Assembly: GCA_964384595.1 (NCBI GenBank)
Contig: CAYLLY010000004.1
Span: 1-63,772 of the forward strand
DNA: 63,772 nucleotides
Source: an uncultured Nitrospirales bacterium
GTDB lineage: Bacteria; Nitrospirota; Nitrospiria; Nitrospirales; NS-4
Reading direction: 5' to 3'
How positions within the stretch are numbered: position 1 is the stretch's first letter; each line of letters begins with the position of its first letter. Shown here one piece after another: positions 1 to 13,221 of this stretch. The notes below the pieces were generated by a model. That model did not search any database. It was given only the letters and a program-made list of their open reading frames with translations, and was not told where the DNA came from. A program made the translations under genes and the position numbers.

Positions 1-483
1 CTCTTCACGCGCAACTGGCCCTATGCCTGGTCCTTGTTTGAACAGGAGGGGTCGCCGGTTCGCGGGAAGGTCGGGGTGGGCCCGCTGCCCAGTTTCGGCG
101 GTGGACCGGCGGTTTCGACCCTTGGCGGGTGGCACCTGGGAATTGCGCATGACAGTCGTCATCCGGAGGCGGCCTGGCAGTTCATCGAGTTTCTCACGTC
201 CCCTGAAGCCCAGAAGGTGATGGCCCGCAAGGTAGGAATCGCGCCCACCCGAAGAAGCGTGTATCACGATCCCAAGGTGGTTGCCTCGCAGCCGATTCTC
301 TCCACCTTGCAGCCGATCCTCGAACGCGCCCGGCCGCGTCCGGTCACCCCTTTCTACCCGATGGTCTCTCAGATCCTGCAGTCGGAATTCAGCGCGGTCC
401 TTGCCGGCCTGCGCCCCCCCCGCACGGCCCTCGTCGCGGCGGAACGGGAACTCCTCCACACCCTTTTGCTCGAACGGCTATGA
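1..483 (+). CDS. Carbohydrate ABC transporter substrate-binding protein, C-terminal part (5' truncated by window edge)
   Basis: Frame 1 is open from base 1 (LFTRNWPYAWSLF...). It contains the TLGGWHLGI and PRPVTPFYPMVS motifs typical of trehalose/maltose-type binding proteins and precedes two permeases. Confidence 0.88.
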   Translation, partial: LFTRNWPYAWSLFEQEGSPVRGKVGVGPLPSFGGGPAVSTLGGWHLGIAHDSRHPEAAWQFIEFLTSPEAQKVMARKVGIAPTRRSVYHDPKVVASQPILSTLQPILERARPRPVTPFYPMVSQILQSEFSAVLAGLRPPRTALVAAERELLHTLLLERL

Positions 484-1376
484 ACCGGCAGTCAGAGGCC
501 CGCACCGGCTACCTTCTGCTCTTTCCCGCCCTGTTCACCCTCACGCTGCTGGCGCTCTGCCCGATCCTCATCCTGTTCTGGCTCAGCACGCGATACCGGG
601 TCTTGCCGTTCGGCATCGACGCCTTCGCGGGGATCTACCACTACGTGGTTCTCCTCCAGGCGCCTCGCTTCTGGAACAGCCTGGGTGTGACCCTCTACTT
701 TGCGGCGCTCTCTGTGACGCTGGAACTGCTGCTGGGGCTCGCCATTGCCCTCCTGCTAAGCCGTCAATTCCGCGGAGCGGGCTGGGTCCGAGCCCTGATC
801 CTGCTGCCATGGGCCGTCCCGACCGTGGTGACGGCCAAACTGTGGGACTGGATCTACCATCCCGATCTCGGCGTCTTGAATTATCTTCTCCAGCACCTCG
901 GAATCACGACGGCGCCGGTGAATTGGCTCGGCATGCCCTCTTTGGCGATTCATGCCGCCATCATCGCTGATGTCTGGAAAACCACCCCGTTCGTGGTCAT
1001 TCTTCTGCTCGCGGGCCTCGCCCTTGTCCCGCCGGATCTCTATCGAGCGGCCGCCTTGGACGGCGCCTCTTCCTTGCAGACCTTCGTCCATGTCACTCTG
1101 CCGCTGCTCCGCCCGATCCTGCTGGTCGCGGCGCTTTTTCGCACAATTGACGCCCTTCGGGCTTTCGACCTGCTGTATGTTCTGACGGGAGGAGGGCCCG
1201 CCGACGCCACGGAAACCCTGTCGATTTACGCGTACAAGATTCTCTTCCAGACGATGCAGTTCGGCTACGGTTCGGCGATCGGAGTCATGATGTTTGCGGT
1301 GGTGGCCATGCTCAGTCTGCTACAGCTCTGGCTCGGGCGACATGACATGCGCAGACTGGTAGGGAGGCTCCCATGA
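480..1376 (+). CDS. Carbohydrate ABC transporter permease (MalF-like)
   Basis: 298 aa, multiple TM helices, EAA-like loop LYRAAALDGAS, ATGA overlap with the SBP gene. Confidence 0.93.
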   Translation: MNRQSEARTGYLLLFPALFTLTLLALCPILILFWLSTRYRVLPFGIDAFAGIYHYVVLLQAPRFWNSLGVTLYFAALSVTLELLLGLAIALLLSRQFRGAGWVRALILLPWAVPTVVTAKLWDWIYHPDLGVLNYLLQHLGITTAPVNWLGMPSLAIHAAIIADVWKTTPFVVILLLAGLALVPPDLYRAAALDGASSLQTFVHVTLPLLRPILLVAALFRTIDALRAFDLLYVLTGGGPADATETLSIYAYKILFQTMQFGYGSAIGVMMFAVVAMLSLLQLWLGRHDMRRLVGRLP

Positions 1377-2200
1377 CGGCTCGACCTGGTCGCGACATCG
1401 TGTCGCGGCTCCTGCTGGTCCTGGTGTTGGTCTGGACCCTGTCGCCGCTTCTCTGGCAGGGCATCACTTCGCTGAAGCCTGATAGCGAGCTGATGCAACT
1501 GTCCCCTTTGCTGCCCTCGCATCCCACCCTGGCGCACTACCGGGCGCTGTTCGAGCACCAGCCCTTTCACCGGATCATGCTGAACAGCTTCGGCATTGCG
1601 GCGCTCACAGCCATGACGGCTCTGGTCGTAGGGGCTCTCGCCGCGTTCCCGCTGGCGCGGTTGCCGGTGCGGGGCAAGCTCCTCATGCTGGGTTTCGTTC
1701 TGGGAGCGACCATGTTTCCGGCCATTCTGACGGTGGGGCCGCTGTTCATGTTCATGCGCGTCTTGGGTCTTCGCGACACATGGTGGGCCGTGCTCGTCAG
1801 CCATACGACGTTCGCCCTGCCGCTGACGATCTGGATGCTCGCCAACTTTTTTCGGGAGCTCCCGGAAGACCTCTACCGGGCCGCGCGAGTTGACGGGTGT
1901 TCACCCTGGCAGGCCTTCACGCGGATTCTGCTGCCGCTGTCCCGCCCCGGGCTGACGGCGGCCGGAGTCCTCGCGTTCATCTTCTCCTGGACCGAGTTTC
2001 TTTACGCCTTCACGTTCACGGCCACGGAAGCGTCCCGCACCGTGCCGGTCGCCATCGTGCTGTTCCCGGGCCTCCACGAAATCAGGTGGGGGGAGATCGC
2101 CGCCGCGTCGGTCGTGGTGACGGTGCCCGTCATTGTCTTGGTCTTGGTCTTTCACCGGCATATCGTGCAGGGCCTGACGGCCGGCGCGCTCAAAGGGTAA
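1373..2200 (+). CDS. Carbohydrate ABC transporter permease (MalG-like)
   Basis: 275 aa, FFRELPEDLYRAARVDGCS EAA-like loop, ATGA overlap. Confidence 0.93.
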   Translation: MTARPGRDIVSRLLLVLVLVWTLSPLLWQGITSLKPDSELMQLSPLLPSHPTLAHYRALFEHQPFHRIMLNSFGIAALTAMTALVVGALAAFPLARLPVRGKLLMLGFVLGATMFPAILTVGPLFMFMRVLGLRDTWWAVLVSHTTFALPLTIWMLANFFRELPEDLYRAARVDGCSPWQAFTRILLPLSRPGLTAAGVLAFIFSWTEFLYAFTFTATEASRTVPVAIVLFPGLHEIRWGEIAAASVVVTVPVIVLVLVFHRHIVQGLTAGALKG

Positions 2201-2205
2201 GGGGC

Positions 2206-3342
2206 ATGCCCGAGGTCCGATTCGATCGCGTGGAGAAACGATACGGGCATCGGCCGGTCATCCGGGACTTCTCGCTGACGATCCGCGAAGGGGAATTCTT
2301 TACTCTGGTGGGGCCAAGCGGCTGCGGGAAGTCCACGGTGCTGAATCTGGTCGCGGGCCTTGAACCGGTGACCTCCGGGGAGATCTACTTCGGCGATCGG
2401 CCCGTCACGTACCTGTCGCCTAAAGAGCGCGATATCGCCATGGTGTTCCAATCCTATGCGCTCTATCCGCATAAGACGGTGTTCGAGAACCTGGCCTTCC
2501 CGCTCCGGCTCCGCAGGGTGCCACAGGGCGCGTTACAGGGCGAGGTTCAGCAGGTCGCAAGCCTCCTTGGCCTCGCAGGGCTTCTGGCCAAGAAACCGGC
2601 AGAGCTCAGCGGCGGGGAACGCCAACGGGTGGCGTTGGGTCGGGCCTTGATTCGCGAGCCGCAAGTCTTTTTGATGGATGAGCCGCTCTCCAATCTTGAC
2701 GCCCAACTCCGAGTCCAGACCCGGGCGGAAATCAAGCGGCTGCATGCCCGACTGAAGACCACGACCCTCTACGTTACCCACGACCAGGAAGAGGCCCTGA
2801 GCCTGTCCGATCGCATCGCGGTACTGAACAAAGGGGCCATCCAGCAGATCGGAACCCCGATGGACATCTACCGTTGTCCGTCCAACACCTTCGTGGCAAA
2901 GTTTATCGGCAGCCCGCAGATCAATCTTGTTCCCGGCCGGCTCCATCCCGGCCCCCCTGCCCATCTGGACGTCGGGCCTGTTCAAGTTGCGCTCGTGCGG
3001 GACCCCGCCCTCCAAGCAGATTCCCCAACGCCGGCGAACTCTCTGGATGTGCTCGTCGGCATCCGGGCGGAAGATGTCTTGATCCAGGGGACACCTGAGA
3101 GCTTGCCGGGACACTCGGCCAGCGTGGTCGACAGGGAACCGGCCGGCGCCCGGTCATGGGTGACCCTGCGATGGGGTTCGGCTGAAATCAGAGCGGAAGC
3201 ATCGAGCGACTTTCTCATGCCCCAGAATCATTCCGTGGGGGTCGCCATCAACACCGAGCGGTTGCACGTTTTCGACGCCGCATCCGGCGCCCGCTTGCCA
3301 TGGATCGCCCTTCCTCCCAAACGGCAACATGGTTATAAATGA
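2206..3342 (+). CDS. Carbohydrate ABC transporter ATP-binding protein (MalK-like)
   Basis: Walker A GPSGCGKST, signature LSGGERQ, Walker B FLMDEPLSNLD, C-terminal OB-type extension. ATG at 2206 chosen over the ORF-track start at 1897, which overlaps the permease. Confidence 0.95.
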   Translation: MPEVRFDRVEKRYGHRPVIRDFSLTIREGEFFTLVGPSGCGKSTVLNLVAGLEPVTSGEIYFGDRPVTYLSPKERDIAMVFQSYALYPHKTVFENLAFPLRLRRVPQGALQGEVQQVASLLGLAGLLAKKPAELSGGERQRVALGRALIREPQVFLMDEPLSNLDAQLRVQTRAEIKRLHARLKTTTLYVTHDQEEALSLSDRIAVLNKGAIQQIGTPMDIYRCPSNTFVAKFIGSPQINLVPGRLHPGPPAHLDVGPVQVALVRDPALQADSPTPANSLDVLVGIRAEDVLIQGTPESLPGHSASVVDREPAGARSWVTLRWGSAEIRAEASSDFLMPQNHSVGVAINTERLHVFDAASGARLPWIALPPKRQHGYK

Positions 3343-3359
3343 GTCTACGCCCTCCCTTG

Positions 3360-5144
3360 TCAGAGAGCTTCACTCCAGGGAGGGCTGACGGCGAAGGCGG
3401 CGTTGATCAGTCCCACATGGGAGTAGGCCTGGGGAAAATTCCCGCATTGAGTACTGGTCGTCGGCAGGAAGTGTTCCGAGAAAAGCCCTAGGCTGTTCGC
3501 TGCGATCAAGACCCCAGCCAGAATCTCTTTCGCTTCTGCGGTGCGCCCGAGCCGAGCCAAGGCCTGGGCGATCCAAAAAGAACAAATCACAAAGCCGGAT
3601 TCCGGCTTTCCGAAATCGTCGTCGCGGACATAGCGGTAAAAGAGGCCGGTCGCCGCAGTCCCGTTCCGGATTCCAAGCTGGCTGACAATCTGGGAGGTTG
3701 TGGCTTCGCAGAGTTGCCGGTTGGGGTATCCGAGGATCGTGAGTTGCGACAGTGCGGCGTCATAGCTATCATCCGTCGGGCCGTTATGTACGCCAACCTT
3801 TTTTGCGGCGCGGAGCAAGGCCTCCGCCGCGCGGATCCGCGCTCCTGGCAGGTCAAGCGATAATGAGGCGAGATGCCCGGCCTGCCGGATGCGTTCGAGA
3901 CGTTCCAGCCCGGCCCAGCACATGAGGTTGGTGAACGAGTGCTCCTGCCAGCCGCTTCGGCTTTCCCAGAGCCCGGCGTCGGGCTGGCCGATGCTGCGTG
4001 CGCACAGATGGGCCAAATGTGCGAGCAACGCTTCGTGCTCATTGGTGCGAAGGTCGAAAAACCGCTCGTCGAAAAAAATGGGTGCAAAGGTCAGGATCAT
4101 TTCACCATACACGTCGTTCTGCACCTGCTCCGCAGCTTGGTTATTGCTCCGGACGGGCGTGCTTTCCCGGAAGCCTTTCCAATTTGCATGCTCGGTTTCC
4201 GGCAGCGGCAGGCCCTGGCTCAACGTGTACACGGGCCGCAGGCGGTCTCGGGAGTGTTCGTGCGCGTGGGCGATGTTCAACAGGAATTTGAGGAAGGCTT
4301 CCATTTCCTCAAAGTGGCCGAGGTTGTTGAACGCGGTCAACGCGTAATAGGCATCCCGCAGCCAACAATAGCGATAGTCCCAGTTCCGCCCGCCGCCGGG
4401 CTGTTCTGGCAGGCTTGTCGTCAAGGCGGCCAGAATCGCACCCGTATCTTCAAAGCAATGGAGCTTGAGCGCCAGCGCGGATCGGATGACTTGTTGCTGG
4501 TGCAGGACCGGGACCGAGCAGTTCTTCACCCACGTGCGCCAGTAGCGCGTCGTCTGGCCGAGGAACTCCTGCGTTACTTTCACCAGGTCGTCCTCGATGC
4601 CCAACCCCCAGGTGAGCCCGAAGTAGAGTTTCTGCGTCAGCGCGACCGGAGTCTCTTCGCACAGATACGTCAGCGGCATATTGGTGAGCAGACGGAGCAC
4701 GTCGCCACGAACTTCGAAGCGGATGTGGCTGCTCCCGCGAATCGAGCGGACCGGCTCCTTTTCCCATCCGGATACAGGCCGGCAGCTCACGACGACCGAC
4801 GGATGCCCGGAGACGGCCTCCACGATGCGGAACAAGGCCGCCGGGCGGTACATGCGGCCGTATTGCTCGAACCGCGGGCAAAAGTCCGTGATTTGGAACG
4901 AGTCCCCGTTGGCGAGCGAGACGATCGTCACTAGAATGTTGGTGTTGGGCAAATACTGCTGGGATGTCTTGAGATGTTCCGGAGCCGCAGGGCTGGAGAT
5001 CGCGAATCGCCCGCCGTCGGGGTCCAGGATTCCGCCGAACACCGGTGGGCTGTCGGGTCTCGGCAGGCACATCCAGTCGACGGACCCTCTGTCGCTGATC
5101 AACGCGGAGACCTGGCAATTGCCCACGAGCCCGTAGCGGTACAT
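3360..5144 (-). CDS. Glycoside hydrolase family 15 (trehalase/glucoamylase-like)
   Basis: 594 aa with the GH15 motifs RSALALKL, TTSLPE..GG.RNWDYRYCWLRD, Q.DVYGE, GLWE, LFSE and GNFPQAYSHVGLINAA. Confidence 0.93.
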   Translation of the reverse strand: MYRYGLVGNCQVSALISDRGSVDWMCLPRPDSPPVFGGILDPDGGRFAISSPAAPEHLKTSQQYLPNTNILVTIVSLANGDSFQITDFCPRFEQYGRMYRPAALFRIVEAVSGHPSVVVSCRPVSGWEKEPVRSIRGSSHIRFEVRGDVLRLLTNMPLTYLCEETPVALTQKLYFGLTWGLGIEDDLVKVTQEFLGQTTRYWRTWVKNCSVPVLHQQQVIRSALALKLHCFEDTGAILAALTTSLPEQPGGGRNWDYRYCWLRDAYYALTAFNNLGHFEEMEAFLKFLLNIAHAHEHSRDRLRPVYTLSQGLPLPETEHANWKGFRESTPVRSNNQAAEQVQNDVYGEMILTFAPIFFDERFFDLRTNEHEALLAHLAHLCARSIGQPDAGLWESRSGWQEHSFTNLMCWAGLERLERIRQAGHLASLSLDLPGARIRAAEALLRAAKKVGVHNGPTDDSYDAALSQLTILGYPNRQLCEATTSQIVSQLGIRNGTAATGLFYRYVRDDDFGKPESGFVICSFWIAQALARLGRTAEAKEILAGVLIAANSLGLFSEHFLPTTSTQCGNFPQAYSHVGLINAAFAVSPPWSEAL

Positions 5145-5194
5145 GAGGTCACAATATTTGATTTCGGGGGTGGTTGTAAACTAAGTTGTTCGGT

Positions 5195-7423
5195 ATGCGG
5201 TTGTCTCTCCGGTTCCTGCTCCCCCTGGCCGTCGTCCTGGCGGGGATTGCGTACGCCGTCATCCCGCTAGTCGACACCCTGACCTTGAAGTGGTTTGTCC
5301 GGGACCTGGAGATCCGGTCGAAGCTGGTCGCGAGCACGATCGAGGCGCCGCTGGCCGAGCTGGTAACGTCGGAATCGAAACGCAAGATCCTCGCGTACTT
5401 TCAGCGCATCGTCCAGGACGAGCGGCTCTATGCCCTGGGGTTCTGCGATTCCCAAAACCGCTTGCTCTATAAGACCCCGACCTACCCCGACGAGATTTCG
5501 TGTGAAGGGGCGGCCAGCCTCGCGCCCGGTTCCGCCGAGGTGTTCAAGCTGAGCCATGGGCTCGTGCATGTGGCGGCTGCCTCCATCGAAGCCGAAGGAC
5601 GCACGGTCGGCCGCCTCATGCTCGTGCACGACATGAGTTTCGTCCAGCGGCGCAGCGCCGATACGAAGTGGTACGTCTTTTACCTCTTCGTGGCGCTGGG
5701 CGCTGCGATCTCCCTGGTGACGGTCTTGGTGGCGCACTTGAGTTGGAAGGGATGGGTGGCCGGCGTCCGCGCCATGCTCACAGGGGAAGGCCTGCTCACA
5801 CTGCTCAGCCAAGACCACGCGCCGGAGCTGCAGCCGGTCGCGAAAGATCTCAGGGCGCTGATCCGCGACCTTGAAGCCGACCGTCGCATGCGCGACGAGA
5901 GCCACATCACGTGGACCCCCTCGAGCCTTCGGACGATTCTGCGCGAGCAACTGGCGGGGGACGAAATCCTGATCGTGTCCAACCGCCAACCCTACCTCCA
6001 TAACCGGCGGGACCGGCAGATCGAAGTCCAGGTGCCGGCCAGCGGGCTGGTCTCGGCGCTGGAACCGGTCATGCGTGCCTGCTCCGGCATCTGGATCGCC
6101 CACGGCAATGGATCGGCCGATCGGGAGGTAGTGGACTCGCGCGACCATGTCCGTGTACCGCCGGACAACCCGGCGTATGAGATTCGCCGTATCTGGCTGA
6201 CGAAGGACGAGGAAGCAGGCTACTACTATGGCTTTGCGAACGAGGGCCTGTGGCCCCTCTGTCACATCGCCCACATTCGGCCCACGTTCCGCTCGTCGGA
6301 CTGGAACCAGTACGTGGCGGTCAATGAACGGTTCGCGCGGGCCGTATGCGAAGAAGCCAAGTCCGACGACCCCGTCGTGCTGGTTCAGGACTATCACTTC
6401 GCCTTGCTCCCCAAAATGATCCGGGAGCGGCTGCCGAACGCGACCATCATCGCGTTCTGGCACATTCCGTGGCCCAATGCCGAGCGGTACGGCATCTGTC
6501 CGTGGCGCCAGCAGATTCTGGAAGGGCTCCTGGGGAGCAGCATTGTGGGGTTCCACACGCGGGTGCACTGCAACAACTTCATCGACAGCGTCGATCGGCT
6601 GCTGGAGGCCCGGATCGATCGGGACCACTCGACCATTTCCTACGGCGGCAAACTGACCGCCGTCAATCACTACCCGATCTCCATCGAGTGGCCTGTGCGA
6701 TGGGTCCAAGACCAACGGCCGGTTGAGGAGTGCCGGGCGCGAATCCGGGCGCTCCACGGGATGGCGTCAGACCGCCTCGTCGGCGTTGGAGTAGACCGGC
6801 TCGATTACACCAAGGGCATCATCGAGCGGTTCCTCGCCGTGGAACGGCTCCTGGAATTGCAACCGGAGTGGATCGGCAGGTTCTCGTTCGTCCAGATCGC
6901 CGCGCCCAGCCGCACTCTGATTGACCAATACCAGCACTTCGCCGGACAGGTTCATGCTCTGGCGGAGCAGATCAACAAGCGGTTCGGACGCGACGGCTAT
7001 GCCCCCATCTGCTTGAAGGAGCAGCACCATGAGCCGGCGCGGGTGTTCGAGTATTACCGGGGCGCCGATGTCTGCGTGGTCAGCAGCCTTCACGACGGCA
7101 TGAACCTCGTCGCCAAGGAGTTCGTGGCGGCGCGCGATGACGAACTGGGAGTCTTGATCTTGAGTCAGTTCACGGGGGCGTCCCGGGAGCTCCCGGAAGC
7201 CCTGGCCGTCAATCCATACGACATTGATCAATTCGCGGCGGCGCTCCACGTGGCGCTGACCATGCCGCCGGCCGAGCAGCGGGCCCGGATGCGGAGCATG
7301 CGCGGGTTGATCCAGGAGTTTAACGTCTACCGCTGGGCCGGGCGGATGTTGATGGATGCAGCCCGCATGCGTCAGCGCAATCGGGTCATGCGGCGGGTGG
7401 AGCAGTCGAACCCACCGGCATAG
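5195..7423 (+). CDS. otsA: Trehalose-6-phosphate synthase (GT20) with N-terminal TM-periplasmic-TM extension
   Basis: GT20 motifs YYGFANEGLWPLCH, QDYH, FWHIPWP, VDRLDYTKG, DGMNLVAKE. About 240 extra N-terminal aa containing two hydrophobic segments. ATG 5195 preferred over TTG 5186. Confidence 0.93.
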   Translation: MRLSLRFLLPLAVVLAGIAYAVIPLVDTLTLKWFVRDLEIRSKLVASTIEAPLAELVTSESKRKILAYFQRIVQDERLYALGFCDSQNRLLYKTPTYPDEISCEGAASLAPGSAEVFKLSHGLVHVAAASIEAEGRTVGRLMLVHDMSFVQRRSADTKWYVFYLFVALGAAISLVTVLVAHLSWKGWVAGVRAMLTGEGLLTLLSQDHAPELQPVAKDLRALIRDLEADRRMRDESHITWTPSSLRTILREQLAGDEILIVSNRQPYLHNRRDRQIEVQVPASGLVSALEPVMRACSGIWIAHGNGSADREVVDSRDHVRVPPDNPAYEIRRIWLTKDEEAGYYYGFANEGLWPLCHIAHIRPTFRSSDWNQYVAVNERFARAVCEEAKSDDPVVLVQDYHFALLPKMIRERLPNATIIAFWHIPWPNAERYGICPWRQQILEGLLGSSIVGFHTRVHCNNFIDSVDRLLEARIDRDHSTISYGGKLTAVNHYPISIEWPVRWVQDQRPVEECRARIRALHGMASDRLVGVGVDRLDYTKGIIERFLAVERLLELQPEWIGRFSFVQIAAPSRTLIDQYQHFAGQVHALAEQINKRFGRDGYAPICLKEQHHEPARVFEYYRGADVCVVSSLHDGMNLVAKEFVAARDDELGVLILSQFTGASRELPEALAVNPYDIDQFAAALHVALTMPPAEQRARMRSMRGLIQEFNVYRWAGRMLMDAARMRQRNRVMRRVEQSNPPA

Positions 7424-8186
7424 GCGGATCGGGAACGATGCACTACCTTCTGTCGGCAAGCGGTAGACGACAGCTGGATCGTTTGGCTGGCTCGCCCTCC
7501 CTCTACGCCTTCGATTTCGACGGCACGCTGGCCAGAATCGTCCGGAACCACCAAAATGCGCAGCTCGCGCGGCCGATCCGGGAGGGGCTGGTCGAACTCG
7601 GCAAGCGGGCCTTTACGGCCGTCCTCTCGGGACGATCGGTTGAGGACCTCCAATCCCGACTCGCCGGCGCCGTACCCCATCTAATCGGCAACCATGGTCT
7701 GGAAGGGCTTCACGCAGCGCCGCAGATCCTGCGGCGAGCCCAGGAAACATGCGAAACCTGGAAGCGGCAGATAGGGAACAGCTTCGGCGTCGAACTGGCG
7801 CGCGTCGGCGCGACGGTCGAGGATAAGACCTATTCCCTCGCGCTCCATTACCGCGAGGCCGCGCGAAAGCGGGAGGCCCGTGAAGCGGTGTTCATGGCAC
7901 TGGCGAAGCTCCAGCCCACGCCTCGGACCCTGCTCGGAAAGGATATCGTCAACGTCATTCCGTGCGGTGCGCCCCACAAGGGCGTCGCGTTGCTGGAGAT
8001 GATGCGACAGATGAACCTCGGGACGGCCTTATACGTCGGCGACGACGAGACGGACGAAGACGTGTTTTCGCTTCCCGACGCACGTATCGTCACCGTCCGT
8101 ATTGGAAAGAAGAAAACCTCGGCGGCCAGGTTCTACCTCGAGCGGCAGTCAGAGATCACAGAACTACTGCGGTATCTCATCAAAGC

Positions 8187-11876
<3,690 letters not shown>

Positions 11877-11884
11877 ATTAGGGG

Positions 11885-11913
11885 ACTATACTGGATAGCG
11901 CACGCCTTCGCAA
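11885..11913 (-). promoter_or_regulatory. Sigma70-type promoter of metH (TTGCGA-N17-TATAGT)
   Basis: Hexamers and 17-nt spacer read directly. The -10 ends 8 nt before the ATG and there is no SD. Confidence 0.6.
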
Positions 11914-11926
11914 GACGACCGTCTTG
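11911..11926. promoter_or_regulatory. Palindrome CAAGACG-AC-CGTCTTG between back-to-back -35 elements (candidate operator)
   Basis: Perfect 7-bp inverted repeat with a 2-nt centre. Confidence 0.4.
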
Positions 11927-11953
11927 ACAATCCAGGAACCGGCCCCGTAGGAT
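11924..11953 (+). promoter_or_regulatory. Sigma70-type promoter (TTGACA-N18-TAGGAT)
   Basis: Consensus -35, TAnnnT -10, then GGAG SD and ATG at 11974. Confidence 0.65.
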
Positions 11954-11973
11954 TTGCGCACTTGGAGCCCCTG

Positions 11974-12786
11974 ATGAAAACGGCTTTGCTCCTTTTTGTC
12001 GGAATCGTCGTCTGGGCAACCTCGCCTCACCCCGCGTTTGCGGTCGCATTCTTTTCGGACGGGTATCTCGGCCTGACCCAGGAAGAGCTCCGCGCCAAAC
12101 TCGGACCGCCGAACAAGATTCGGACCATGACGGCTGCCCTTCGCATCTATATCTACCATCCAGTCGAGGAATGGGAAACCGTTTTGAAGGAACAGCTTCC
12201 GGACACGATCGGCGAGGATGTGTATCTCTATGTCCGGGACAAAACCAACGTGCGGTATTCGTTTCAGTACGCCGCGGAGAGAAAACCGAACTCTGATACG
12301 CCCACCCTCATCGTGAAACTGGTAGAAGTCGAATTCCTGAGCCCCGATCCGGTCACCGGCTCCGTCGAGGGCCCGGTGGCTGTTCCGTTGGCGGTTCCGC
12401 TGGCGAAACTGCCGGCGCTCGTCCCGGAGTTCAAGCCGTCCCTTGCGGACGACGCTCCCACCTACCGCTCAAATTTGTTCGTCATTCTCCTCCAGAACGA
12501 CGTGTCCAAAGAAGCCAGGCGACTGGTCAAAGACCGACATCGCGACGAATATGACTGGTCCCTGTCCTATCGTCTCTACACCACCGAGGTTCTTCCGTCA
12601 CAACTCTCGTTGAGTGCCACCATGAACCGCATCGAGATCGCCGTCGATAGCGCGCAACTCATCAATGACAACAACAAGTTGACGCACGAGGCAATCATTA
12701 ATCCCTATTCCGCCAAGGCCGCTTCACTTCCTCCTCCTCCCGCGCCTCCCCAGAAAAAAATCCCAAAACCTCGCTACGCGCCGTAA
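11974..12786 (+). CDS. Exported hypothetical protein
   Basis: Signal-peptide-like N-terminus (MKTALLLFVGIVVWA...AFA), GLTQEELRAKLGPP motif, Pro-rich C-terminus, SD GGAG. Confidence 0.8.
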   Translation: MKTALLLFVGIVVWATSPHPAFAVAFFSDGYLGLTQEELRAKLGPPNKIRTMTAALRIYIYHPVEEWETVLKEQLPDTIGEDVYLYVRDKTNVRYSFQYAAERKPNSDTPTLIVKLVEVEFLSPDPVTGSVEGPVAVPLAVPLAKLPALVPEFKPSLADDAPTYRSNLFVILLQNDVSKEARRLVKDRHRDEYDWSLSYRLYTTEVLPSQLSLSATMNRIEIAVDSAQLINDNNKLTHEAIINPYSAKAASLPPPPAPPQKKIPKPRYAP

Positions 12787-12788
12787 TG

Positions 12789-13157
12789 TCAACATTCCGG
12801 GCCGTCGGCAAACCGGACATCCCGCTGGTCCGTCAGGAGAAGATAGGCTTCTCCCCATTGCCACGCGCTGTCGAGGCTCCATTCCTCATCGGGTTCGAGC
12901 GGCTTCAGCCGTATCCCCCCATTCCCCCCGGAAACCAGATAGACCGTGCCGGCGCCTGAATCCTCCACCGGCCGAGCCATCGCCGGACACACTGGCGCCG
13001 AGGGGTCGTCCCGCCAGCCGGTCACCCGGCACCATTCGCCGGTCGAGATGCGGTCGTACACCCGTACCTGAGAAACCGGCCGGCCCGGCCCCAGTTCCCG
13101 GAATCGGATAAAAACGGAATGCTCGCAATTGGGATTGGCATCGACTTCAACGTACAT
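12789..13157 (-). CDS. Hypothetical protein
   Basis: 122 aa ORF filling the gap between convergent genes, with normal globular composition. Confidence 0.7.
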   Translation of the reverse strand: MYVEVDANPNCEHSVFIRFRELGPGRPVSQVRVYDRISTGEWCRVTGWRDDPSAPVCPAMARPVEDSGAGTVYLVSGGNGGIRLKPLEPDEEWSLDSAWQWGEAYLLLTDQRDVRFADGPEC

Positions 13158-13184
13158 ACGCCGCCCTCGTCATGACCGGCGCGC

Positions 13185-13214
13185 TTGACCATCCGGAAAT
13201 CACGCTGGTAGATT
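13185..13214 (+). promoter_or_regulatory. Sigma70-type promoter (TTGACC-N18-TAGATT, extended TG)
   Basis: The -10 ends 7 nt before ATG 13222, which predicts a leaderless start. Confidence 0.55.
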
Positions 13215-13221
13215 ATAGGAA

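Noticed and set aside
11877-11973. SAM or cobalamin riboswitch upstream of metH
   Set aside because: The predicted promoter leaves only a 1-2 nt leader, and no riboswitch motifs were seen.
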